Assembly (NCBI GenBank): GCA_964188305.1 | Contig: OZ076896.1 | Origin: Podarcis bocagei | Lineage: Eukaryota | Strand: one strand, 5' to 3' | Length of the DNA: 64,000 nt | Shown: positions 1 to 23,400 of the stretch, piece after piece | How the letters are laid out: the number at the start of each line of letters is the position of its first letter | How positions within the stretch are numbered: the first letter of the stretch is position 1 | The notes under the pieces: generated by a model | What the model was told of the DNA's origin: nothing | The model's database searches: none | What the model saw: the letters and a program-made list of their open reading frames with translations, nothing else | Position numbers and translations under genes: made by a program

Positions 1-186
1 CTTTGCCCTTTTTTATTATGCCCTCTTCAGTACTAGGTTAAACAAGTCAAGCACCCACCATTGAGTGGATGGGTGAAAAAGCAGAAGGTACAAAGGATGG
101 AAATGGCATAGAAATACAGTATGGGCCAACAATTTCAATAAGGCTAAAAACATTAAACACACCAGGGTCATAAAAATGACAAAAAC

Positions 187-192
187 TTTATT
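187..192 (-). terminator. Candidate GKAP1 polyadenylation signal AATAAA
   Basis: TTTATT on the plus strand, about 245 nt downstream of the GKAP1 stop codon. Confidence 0.6.
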
Positions 193-434
193 GAGTGATG
201 AAAAACTAGGTGTAGCATTAGGACAAACAAGGTTTGAGCATCACTGTAACATTAGTTTCCAGCTTCTCTTCTTTATACTAGAAGTGCAATAGATTGAATA
301 TTCAGAACATTAGTCAATTAAACTTCACTCCCAAACCCAGAAAACTGCATAGTTAAGCAGTAGTACAAATACATTTCTGCAAAACCCCTGAAGATCAAAT
401 TTATTTTTTTGCTCTGATTTTGGTACAAATGTGA

Positions 435-12493
<12,059 letters not shown>

Positions 12494-12994
12494 TTTAACT
12501 TTGGAGGCGTCTAGAGGCAAACCGCTGTTTCAAGAAGCTTCCTGGATAAGTAACAGCAATATAAGGATGGGGTGGGGGAAGAAAAAAGATTCACCATTTT
12601 ACTATAAGAGAACTGGTACATTAAAACACTTTTTTAAAAAATGGATTGCCGAGTTTTATATAGTAACCAAAAGACCTCACAAACAAAACTACCACATTTT
12701 TTTGAATCAGGTTTGATAAGGTGTTTTTTTTCATTTTGCAGAGTTAAGTAATCTAGAAATACCATATCCCGTTAAGCTCTAGGTGCATTAATAAATGTGG
12801 TGACTGAGAGCATGCCCAAGATGAATAGGCCCAGAAATAGCTGGCCCCTTTTTGGACAACACCCTGAATAAGTTGTTCAAGGGACAGGGTAATAATTTTT
12901 GCAAGAAAGCAGAAATACTTTTAATGAATGAGGAATTGCAGCCCCAAAGTACTTCTTTAATAACTATTTTTAATTGAAATAAATAAATTAATTT

Positions 12995-13077
12995 AAAAAA
13001 TTGTCCAGTAGCACCTTAGAGACCTACTAAGTTAGTTCTGGGTATAAGCTTTTGTGTGCATGCACACTTCTTCAGAT
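12995..13077. mobile_element. Penelope-like element terminal fragment
   Basis: GTAGCACCTTAGAGAC...ATAAGCTTT...CACTTCTTCAGAT resembles a recurrent reptile Penelope-type motif; recognition only. Confidence 0.5.
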
Positions 13078-13227
13078 ATTTTTAATTGGTAGTTTTTGTT
13101 GAATTTCTTGTAGCAGCCTTGGATGACTAATTTATACTCCTACTTTCTGTGCAAAATATAAAGAATGGTGATAAAAATAAAGCAAAAAAAATTAACTTAA
13201 TACTATAGGGGGTTTTTTGAAAACAGA

Positions 13228-13270
<43 letters not shown>

Positions 13271-13271
13271 A
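13228..13271. repeat. (TAAC)n microsatellite
   Basis: About 11 copies, directly visible. Confidence 0.95.
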
Positions 13272-14847
13272 TAAATACTGTTATTCACTCTCTAAACTTT
13301 GTGCTTATTAAACACTTCAGATGATAGAAAGGTCACCAATAGGAACTATTACTGACAATGTAGCTGTCATTTCATTCCTATATAGGATTGCAAAAGGGAA
13401 GCTTGTTGATCTTTTGAAAACAGTGGCACACAAGCATAGTCTTCAGAAGAAGATTAACAAGGATTTTCTAAGAAAGTATCATGTACTCTTAAGGATAAAG
13501 TTTAGGAGTCTGTGGAACTATGGTTCCCATCCAAGGAACATGTTTTGAACAAAAAGAGCAATATAATTTCATGGAAGTGTAACTGTGGAAAAGTATCAGA
13601 TGAAATGTTTGTAGTGGATCTTGCTGCACCACTGTGCTTGGAAGCTCCAAGGTTCAAAGACAGAACTAACAGATCTTTTAATCAAGAGGAATAAGCATGA
13701 GACATCTTCCCTGCTTTCTAAAGAATTCAATGTAAGGGTGTCTCTTCTTCCACATGCAAGAAGGCCCAAATAACAAGAAACTATGGATCAAAATCTACAG
13801 CACTAATATATTCCATGTAGATGTTTTCTGAACAAGGTGCAAGTTTTTTTCAAAAGGTACAGAACTCTTCTGAAAACAGACTTTCCATCTTCTGCTTTTA
13901 GGCGTGTACTTATGAGAATCAAGGTTTTTACAAAATGTTTTAGAAAGCAGATATAATTGCCTTCTGTGATGCTAAATAGGTTGCAATCTTAATTGCAGTA
14001 ACCCGGGAATATCCTATTAATGTACAAACACTGAGCAGACACTGCTCTATAAAATGGATTAAATAAACACAATTTCAGAACGATAAATATATGAAAATGA
14101 ATACGTATGCTTTACGTGTCTGTAAACATGGCAAGACATGCAGTTAAACAATTACTTATAAATTACTTTTTTATATATATGCCTAAAGAACAGTCCTGGC
14201 AAAGCTCAGAAAACTGCACATTCTTACCACCAGAAACTGGTTCAACAAAACATGTCATTTAAAAAGATCATTCACACACTTGCCAATGCCAATACAGTAG
14301 CTTTCTGCAGTTTTATCCAATATCGACAGGGGCACGACCCCAGCTAAAGCTAAGCCCTTTAAAGTTCTCATGTTTGGGGACCAATTTTCTAATTCTGCCC
14401 CACATAAACGAGTTGACACTGGGTGGAGGATGGCTCTCCTGAAATGCCATATATCCTGCCCAGTTCTGGGTTCTGCCTTCGAGAAAGGGGTGACTGAGAG
14501 ACACCCCAAGATTAACAGGCCCAGCAGTAAACCCCCCTTCCCCCTACTTTTTGGAGAAGACCCTGTAAAAATAAAAAGTGCATGAATGAAAGCTAAGGTG
14601 ATGATCAGAAATTGTGGGGTGAGCTTACACCTTTAGCCCCTCTCCCCGCTCTTTCGTTTCAGCAGAAAGTCTCCCCAGAGGGCAGCATGCCGCCCCACCC
14701 CCCAGTTTGAATAATAATACCGTAATTTAAATAATATAATTTATTATTTGTACCCCGCCCATGTGGCTGGGCTTCCCCGGCCACCCTGGGCAGCTTCCAA
14801 AGGGGATTAAAAATACATAAAAATGTCACACATTAAAAACTAGCCTG

Positions 14848-14923
14848 AATAATAATAATTGAACCCCCTAATAATAATAATAATAATTGAACCCCTAATA
14901 ATAATAATGATAATTGAACCCCC

Positions 14924-14972
<49 letters not shown>

Positions 14973-14981
14973 TGAACCCCC
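14848..14981. repeat. Compound repeat [(AAT)n-TGAACCCCC]x4
   Basis: Four units with variable AAT tract length, abutting the GKAP1 CpG island. Confidence 0.9.
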
Positions 14982-14989
14982 AAAAGCCA

Positions 14990-15560
14990 ACCGTTGGGCG
15001 CCACCCACCGCGGAGAGCGTCTTGCTGAAGCCGGGCAGCAGCCTCCTCTGAGGGGCTGGAAGGAGGCAGGCAAGGCTCCGGGTCCCCCTTCGACGAGGCC
15101 CCGTCTGGGCGGGAGCGAGAGATGGCGGCCCCGAGGGGTGCGGAGAGCGAGGGGCCACGGAGGCCGCCTCACGGACGGCGGAGGGGCTGAGGGAAACCGG
15201 CGGCGGCGGTTCGGGAAACGGTGAGGGGCGTCGCGTGAGGCGTAAGGAGAGGCTCCCGCGCCGGACTCGCTCGCGGAGTTTGTTTATGTCTCGGGCCGCT
15301 TCGCTCGAGGGGGGGGCGACGGAGACGCGGAGGGAGGGGAGAAGGGGCGGGGGGCGCATGCGCAACAAAGCGGGCCTGTGACGTCTGACGCGGTCGCCGC
15401 GGGCGGGGCGGGGGCGCGAGAGGGCGACGCCCCCCCCCCCAAACCCCGCAGTCTCTGCTGGGTCTCCCTCAGGCGCGCCGCCGCCGGCGCCGCTTTCTCT
15501 TTGCCTCCCCCCGCAGTTAAGCGCGCTCCGTGGGCGGGGGAAGGTCCCGTCACCCGGAGT
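14990..15560 (-). promoter_or_regulatory. GKAP1 CpG-island promoter and probable non-coding first exon
   Basis: Very GC/CpG-rich. Contains GC boxes (GGGGCGGGG), an NRF1-type palindrome GCGCATGCGC at 15354-15363 and CRE-like TGACGTC/TGACG at about 15379-15390. Candidate donor CC|GTGAGG at 15173/15172. The ATG exon has an upstream acceptor at 12541/12542. Confidence 0.85.
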
Positions 15561-15707
15561 CAAAACAGTTGCTCTTTGGGGGAAACACGTGGTTGACGCT
15601 CTGCTGTTGGCGTTGACTGCGCACTTGTGGTTTTATCATTTTAATATATGCTCTTTAATATATATTTTTTAATCAGGGTTAGTGGCGCTCTCCGGAAAGA
15701 AATACAG

Positions 15708-15742
<35 letters not shown>

Positions 15743-15744
15743 AT

Positions 15745-16247
15745 CTTGTTGTTTAGTCGTTTAGTCGTGTCCAACTCTTCGTGACCCCATGGACCAGAGC
15801 ACGCCAGGCACTCCTGTCTTCCACTGCCTCCCGCAGTTTGGTCAAACTCATGTTAGTAGCTTCGAGAACACTGTCCCACCATCTCGTCCTCTGTCGTCCC
15901 CTTCTCCTTGTGCCCTCCATCTTTCCCAACATCTGGGTCTTTTCCAGGGAGTCTTCTCTTCTCATGAGGTGGCCAAAGTATTGGAGCCTCAGCTTCAGGA
16001 TCTGTCCTTGGCCTGATTTCCTTCAGAATGGATAGGTTTGATCTTCTTGCAGTCCATGGGACTCTCAAGAGTCTCTTCCAGCACCAGAATTCAAAAACAT
16101 CAATTCTTCGGCGATCAGCCTTCTTTATGGTCCAGCTTTCACTTCCATACATCACTATTGGGAAAACCATAGCTTTTACTATACGGACCTTTGTTGGCAA
16201 AGTGATGTCTCTGCTTTTTAAGATGTTGTCTAGGTTTGCCATCGCCA
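15745..16247 (-). mobile_element. Bov-B (RTE) LINE 3' fragment
   Basis: Minus-strand peptides MANLDNILKSRDITLPTKVRIVKAMVFPIVMYGSESWTIKKADRRRID and MRREDSLEKTQMLGKMEGTRRRGRQRTRW, with tail ACGACTAAACAACAA. Confidence 0.92.
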
Positions 16248-16294
16248 CTAGGTGTATCTATACAGTATCTATCTATGTATCTACTTATACCTAT

Positions 16295-16980
16295 ACCTCC
16301 TGCCAACCTAGCAGTTCAAAAGCACATCAAAGTGCAAGTAGATAAATAGGTACCACTCTGGCGGGAAGGTAAACAGCGTTTCCGTGCGCTGCTCTGGTTC
16401 GCCAGAAGCGGCTTAGTCATGCTGGCCACATGACTCGGAAGCCGTACACCGGCTTCCTCGGCCAGTAAAGCGAGATGAGCACCGCAACCCTAGAGTCATG
16501 GGACTCTCAAGAGTCTCTTCCAGCACCATAATTCAAAAACATCAATTCTTCAGCGATCAGCCTTCTTTATGGTCCAGCTCTCACTTCCATACATCACTAC
16601 CGGGAAAACCATGGCTTTTACTATACTTTGTTGGCAAGGTGATGTCTCTGCTTTTTAAGATGTTGTCTAGGTTTGCCATCGCCACTAGGTGTGTGTATCT
16701 ATACAGTATCTATCTATGCATCTACTTATACCTATACCTCCTGCCAACCTAGCAGTTCAAAAGCACATCAAAGTGCAAGTAGATAAATAGGTACCGCTCT
16801 GGCGGGAAGGTAAACGGCGTTTCCGTGCGCTGCTCTGGTTCGCCAGAAGTGGCTTAGTCATGCTGGCCACATGACTCGGAAGCCGTACACCGGCTCCCTC
16901 GGCCAGTAAAGCGAGATGAGCACCGCAACCCCAGAGTCGGTCACGACTGGACCTAATGGTCAGGGGTCCCTTTACCTTTT
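16295..16980 (+). mobile_element. 5'-truncated Sauria SINE copies and an intervening Bov-B piece, part of a tandem duplication
   Basis: CCTGCCAACCTAGCAGTTCAAAAGCAC...GATAAATAGGTACC occurs twice; the final copy ends GGGGTCCCTTTACCTTT. Confidence 0.85.
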
Positions 16981-16988
16981 CAATAGGT

Positions 16989-17056
16989 GAAGACAGGAGT
17001 GCCTGGCGTGCTCTGATCCACGGGGTCACAAAGAGGCAGACACGACTAAACAACAA
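16989..17056 (+). mobile_element. Bov-B 3' tail fragment
   Basis: GAAGACAGGAGTGCCTGGCGTGCTCTG...CACGACTAAACAACAA, inverted relative to 15745-15820. Confidence 0.8.
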
Positions 17057-17076
17057 TAGGTAGGTAGGTAGGTAGA

Positions 17077-17305
17077 TACAGTGGTACCTCGGGTTACATA
17101 TGCTTCAGGTTACAAACACTTCAGGTTACAGACTCCTCTAACCCAGAAATAGTACCTCAGGTTAAGAACTTTGCTTCAGGATGAGAACAGAAATCGTGCT
17201 CTGGCGGCGCAGCAGCAGCGGGAGGCCCCATTAGCTAAAGTGGTGCTTCAGGTTAAGAACGCACCTCTGGAACAAATTAAGTACGTAACCAGAGGTACCA
17301 CTGTA
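17077..17305. mobile_element. Tigger/pogo-like MITE family A
   Basis: TA-CAGTGGTACCTC ... GAGGTACCACTG-TA TIRs. Four other copies in the window. Confidence 0.88.
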
Positions 17306-20254
17306 CAGATACAGCCACACACACACACACACACGGGCTAAATTAAAAAGCAAACTTTATTAGGCCAATAGTGCTGCTTTACATCTCTGAAATCAATTTA
17401 GACATGCCTACTTGTGCGCTGCAATGACTTAAGACATTTTCTGAACAGGTGGTGGTGTCCACATTGGTTGCCCTAAGCAGTGAGAAGATTAAAACACCTT
17501 TAAAGTTACTATCCCTGCTCCTGAGACGGAGAACACCCACCCACGGACACATCTTGCTGTGTAAGTGTCAGAGCTCAGAAAATTAATAATGAACCTTGAA
17601 AAGCACATAAGAGGCTTTAAGGAATGGACACCCATGGAAGACCTCAAGCAAGCCATAGTGTCCATGTTGGAAACCCATGCTTTAAAAGATGATTATTAAT
17701 TTAGTATATGGGTATGTGTTATGGAAGCTAAGACATTTGTAATTTATAGCAATTAGTTGATAATACTGTTTCAACAGTGGAACCATGCTGAAAGGTTCTC
17801 TGCACCATTTGCTCTCTAGCATCAAGCTAAGGGTTAAAAAGAAAAAAGAAAGCTCCATACATTTACAGCAGCTGTTCACTGTGCTGATTAGCTTTGTGAT
17901 GTTGTGAACTGACCAACCCACACAGGCCCCTTTGCTGCACCTTTTTAAAGAAGTTGCATACTGTAGGAACCATTTACTGTACTTCATTTTGTGTTTTAGA
18001 ATGTTTGTATTTGGGTTGTGTACGTACATTTTAAGAGAGTGAAATATTTGAACTTAAGACCACACCCCTTTGCAAAACTCTCAAATCACGATGCAACAAA
18101 GCAACAAATAACAAATGCAATTAAAACAATTATTTCCGTCTTGAGAAATTGTAAAATATTTTAGTTTACAAATAAAGCAGTTGGACACACTGACATAGAG
18201 TAGGATGAACTATGGTTTTTAGCATGTTCACAGTCTATCTTAAAACATGATATCCTGATATCCTGACCAGAAAGGTTTCTTCTTAAGAATCACTACTGGA
18301 AGTTAATGATGCCTACAAGCGGATAGCAACTGTGTAAGATATTATCCAGTTTTTTTTAAAAAAAATGCAACCTAAGCAAAAAATAATTCAAAGCAATGGG
18401 CTGGATCCAGACTCCTGTGGAAAGGGAAAAGGAACAATATCCAGAGGAGGCTCCCATTGGAGTAAGGAGGATAGAGGTGGGTTTCATTAATTAATCTCCT
18501 ACACTCTTGAACAGAGTTCCCTGCCACTCTGGCAGGCAGAGCAGGGGAGGGAGAAAAGGCCAGAATTGACAACTCTTCTTCCAGCAGAGTGCCATGTACT
18601 CAATATTTTTAAGTGCAAAGATTGATGTGCCCAAATTTGCAAAAATAACTATCTGTAAAGTACATCTGAACACTCACACTCATGACAAATATTTAATGCA
18701 CAATAGTCTACCCCAAAGATCAGTAGTAAAGGTTTCATCCAGGTGCTGAGAGAGTCTGGAGAGCTTCTCACCCTCGTAATTTCCTCCCTTTTTATGTCTC
18801 CCAACCCTGCTCCAGAAGGCTAGAACAACATGGAAAGAATGAGAGAGCAGTAGGAATAAGGGAATTTGCCCGAATCACCTTTGACCTCCCACTCATGCAA
18901 GCATCTACTGGATCAAAAGTGTCATTTGTTGGCAGAGGGACAGAGTTTGATACAATCCTGTATTTTATTTTTTTATTTTTTTAAGAAACTAGGCACACAT
19001 TGGCTTAGATTTTAGAGGCCCCATGAAAGGACTACCATTTGGGATGCTCCAGCCAATGGAAAGAGGGTTGGAGGCAGTTTTTGCTAGTTGACCATTCTGT
19101 GTCTTTCAAATTTACTGCAGGAGGCCGGGGAACAATATGGGAGAAGTCACCCATCTTCGGCCAGCTGGAGACTCTGCTGGATTGGAATACCTTCCGTGCA
19201 CAAAACACGTCCTGTGCACAGTTAATAAACAACTTGGGAACCAATGAGAAAAACAAAAAATTAGAAGTGCCCCTGGAGTCATTTTATCTAGAACTAACAA
19301 TGACCTTCTGTACTGAGAAACGGGGGTCAAGGGAATTATCATAGGAAGAGTGAGTATATATGCTGCAAGTCTGCTCCTAGTCCCTTTATCCACAGTAAGT
19401 GTTATGTCTACACCAGGTCGAGTAGACAAAGCAGTTTTCTAACTTATCATGTACTTCACGCTAAGAGATACACAGCTGTGCCTTCCAAGCAGGGTAACTT
19501 TATTGCCCTAGTTCACTGACAGCACATCTACATCTATCTCAGTGATACGTGGCATAGCTCTAGCAGCAGAGAGTAATTTCCCTGGAGCCAATAAAAATGT
19601 TTCTTTTCTATTATGGAAAAAACTTTCTTCCCACAGAAAGTTTCAAAGTCACATAACAACAGAGTTAGTTATAAGAAAGAGAAATTGGGGCTTTCATTTA
19701 AAATATGTGTTGGGCAAAATAAATTTCCTTGCGAAAACATTAATTTCTTAGAAACATTGTAGTCGTGTTTTGTTTTTAAAGGACATTCACAACCCAAGGC
19801 TTTGGTCAGTCACAAGTGCTTTGTCAAACTTCAGCATAAGTATGCCTGGACTGGAAACCAAGTATTGCTGATGTATCTATGAAGACCTTTATTACAATGG
19901 GCTGGTTCACACCAGATTTCTTTTTTCCATGTGAGTGCTCCAGGCTGTCAGCACCACCATGTTCATATGGACAAATAATGTGTAAAAATAGCCAATTATA
20001 CAGTCAGCAGCATTTAACCTAATGTGATTTCCGCCCCCCCACAGCTATACAATAAGACTGTAACTGTGGTTGCTTTTATACATTGTTTGTCTTCATAAAT
20101 ATGCACTCAAGAATGATCATGATAACTCATGCAACTAAAAATGTATTTTGTGAAACCAGCCCTAAGATTCTTTGCGGTATAGAAGAATGCATTTATGAAG
20201 ACGTGGAATAAAAATCCATCAGTTACTCTGAAGGAAAAATCAGTACAAATAAAA

Positions 20255-20260
20255 TTTATT
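20255..20260 (-). terminator. Candidate KIF27 polyadenylation signal AATAAA
   Basis: TTTATT on the plus strand, about 200 nt after the KIF27 stop codon. More distal candidates also exist. Confidence 0.5.
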
Positions 20261-20458
20261 CTTTAAGGACAAAAAGTCCTTTGGTTTCAACCCCTGATAT
20301 AATCACTCTGCTATTAAGGCCTCAGATTTCTATGGGGCACAATAAATGATCAGCAGTGTGAGACACGCAATGTGAAATAACTCAAATATCGTAGCTGCCT
20401 GAAATAAACTGGAAATAAAGGGAACTGTGTAATTGCTTTCAAAATATTACAAGGATAA

Positions 20459-23400
20459 TTATATATTATAGTCAGATTTTCTAGGCATTTCAATAGAATC
20501 AGCAGGAACAGAATTTATACCAACTGCAAGGCTGGAACGCCTTGAGGAAAGCTCAGAAGCAGGGATATAGCGCAATTCTTTGCGAGGAAGTTTTACTGGG
20601 GTTACTCCTTGAAGCTGTGTCATAGTCTCTCTCGCCTGAGAAGGACAACACACTTGTGGGTGAGATTTTGCAGGCTGACGTACTTTTCCTGCTTGCTCTT
20701 CGTGACTGCTGGATGTGTTGGGTCCCAGTTCTGCAGCTTCCTCTTCAAATCTGTATGAATTCTGTTGTGCTCCTAAATCACCCTTTGGGGAGTTTATTTC
20801 TTTTAATTTCCCTGTTGGTGTGGATGTCCGTTTGAATTCTTCTGACAAGGTAATTACTTCTTCTCGATTCAGTATCCCATCACTGGAACAATTACCTAAA
20901 AAGAAATATTGTTTAAAATGCAGTTGGCTTGGATGCTTTGGGGGAACTATTATGGTTTGTTCTGTTTTGTAATGTTATGACTCTAACTTGGTTCAGCTGT
21001 TTGCTGTTATTACAGTATCCCCCGAGGGTGTTAATTAATAAATGAAAAACACTGCTAGCTAAAAAAATAAAAAGAGTAAAATATACTGAGATCCCTAGTT
21101 ACCTTGCTGGAAAACAGAAGGGCTCGCTGCATTCATGGAAGGAAGAGTAGTTTAGCAGGGGCTCCTGCTGGAGGAAACGGCTGGGAAATTATTTTTGCCC
21201 ATTTCCCCTGCAGCCCCCAACACTACCTCTCAAGCTGCTGCAGAAGGCCCCCGCCCAATGCTGGGAAAATCAGGGAACATGGGGGAAATCATTGAAAATT
21301 GTCTTCCCTCATCTCCATTTCTGAGTACGAACTTAATGATCCAAGTCAGCAAAAGTTAAAGGGGTAAAATGTTTTTTAATGCATCTGAAAGCTATTAAGA
21401 AAATTAAAGAGACCTGAAATCTAAAATATCCTCTATACTGATAATGTTAAAATAAATCCAACTTCATTGTGATTAATAGGAGTTTTGCTACCAAGCTGAG
21501 TAAGAGTTACATTGCAGCTATGTATGTTTTAGAATTACAATACTTCTAATATTTACTTTGTGTCAGAGGATTGTGTATTGATTCTGCAACCAGTTCCTTT
21601 AATTTCTTCTTTAATTCACGGCTAGTTTTCTTATAGAAGAACAAGTCTCTTTCCAGTTGTTGGACTTTAGTTTCATACGTCTTAAAAGTTTCTGCAATAC
21701 TCTCCCCATCTTCTTCTAGAAAGACAGAACTAAGTTTAGATTCAAACTTCATTATAGCACAAACAGAGTTGCGGATAGTGTATACTGAATCTCATTTGTA
21801 ATTTGTCTCAAAGTGTAAATGTTACGTGCTACAGTATGTTTACATGTATAAATCTAAGAATCACGTTCTAGTAGAAGTGCAGCAGAAAGGAAGGTATTGT
21901 TCTTACCAATGAAAACAAGAGATTAGCAGTGGAGGGAGGGAAGGAGAGATGGAGGAAAGAAAAATAACTGAAGCTGTAGAGAGAGAAAATGATAATCACA
22001 ATACTAATACTTCAGCTCAAAGGAAGATGATCATTAACAAGTTTAAGATGTGACTTATTTGAAAAGTGGGGGGAAATATTAAGCAAATCTGAACATTTGC
22101 ATTCTTATAGAATAGGGTAGGGAACCCGGATAATTTTACTTTCAATACTTCTGCTTGTTACAATTACGTTTTGCATCTTAAAATAAAATCCAATGCCTGG
22201 TGGGCCAGGCATTGTCTGGCTGCCTAAATCTGGGTAGGAATTTGTGGAGATGAGGATAGGATTCTTGGACATTATATCCTTGGATCGCAAGAGAGTGAAG
22301 TGATAATGGAATATTTGAAGCAAAATTTGTAATTTCATACTACTGTAAAATATATAAATCTTACATGTCATATGAACATTTCTGATGGAATTACACTTTT
22401 AGTAGTAACTAGATATAATTTCAAAATTAGGAACAGTAGAAGAATCCTGTTGGATCAGACTGACATCCTGCTTCCCACGATCATTATTAACCAGATGTTA
22501 CTTCAAAGTTCTCAAAGCCAAAATACCTTTGCAATGAAGCAATATTAACTGCATCTTTTGCTCATGTTCTTTCTGTTGGAGAGTCAGACGCCTGTCACAC
22601 TGAAGCATGAGATGCTCAAGTGCCGATTCAAGTTCTCTTACTATGTTCTCTTTTTCCGTTACCCTCATTCCCATTTCTTCTGCCTGCAGTTGCAATTTGC
22701 GTTCAGTCTCACGGAGACCGACAACCTAAAAAAGAATTTCCAAATCAAAGCATGCCTGGCCATGGAAATCAGGCAATCACACTTCAAAATAATAATGAAA
22801 TATGGAGGTCATATTTGTAATGAGTCCAAGTATGAAATAATATGATGGAAAGCTAATACATTACTGTACATCTTTCACCGTTTATATAGTCTCACTAATA
22901 AGATATTCTGAGTCCCATACTGTAATTGAGTTGAAAGTCAATTGAATCATCCAATCCAAATGTCCCAGAAAACATATAATTTATTAACTCCATCTTAGAT
23001 TCCACAACTGTCAAACTTCCAAAAAGAAAAACAAACAGAAAAACAAAACATACTGGGCTTTATCTATGGCTACGCTACATGTATTTATCAAGAGGACAAT
23101 ATACAGTTAGTGATTCTCAGAGTGGACCTGGTTAAGTTAATAGATTTAAATGTGTGTACTCTGAGTAGGGACACGGGTGGCACTGTGGTCTAAACACTGA
23201 GCCTAGGACTTGCCGACCAGAAGGTCAGCGGTTTGAATCCCCGCAACAGGGTGAGCTTACCGTTGCTTGGTCCTTGCTCCTGCCAACCTAGCAATTCGAA
23301 AGCACGTCAAAGTGCAAGTAGATAAATAGGTACCACTCCGGAAGGGAAGGTAAACAGCATTTCCGTGCGTTGCTCTGGTTTCGCCAGAAGCAGCTTAGTC

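Noticed and set aside
12494-12520. N-terminal extension MPLDASKVK of GKAP1
   Set aside because: It begins at a TTG in the ORF track; the recognisable protein starts at ATG 12493 in good context (AAAATGG).
14840-15596. Several GC-rich ORFs, including poly-Ile/poly-Leu tails
   Set aside because: Artefacts of the GKAP1 CpG island and the (AAT)n repeat.
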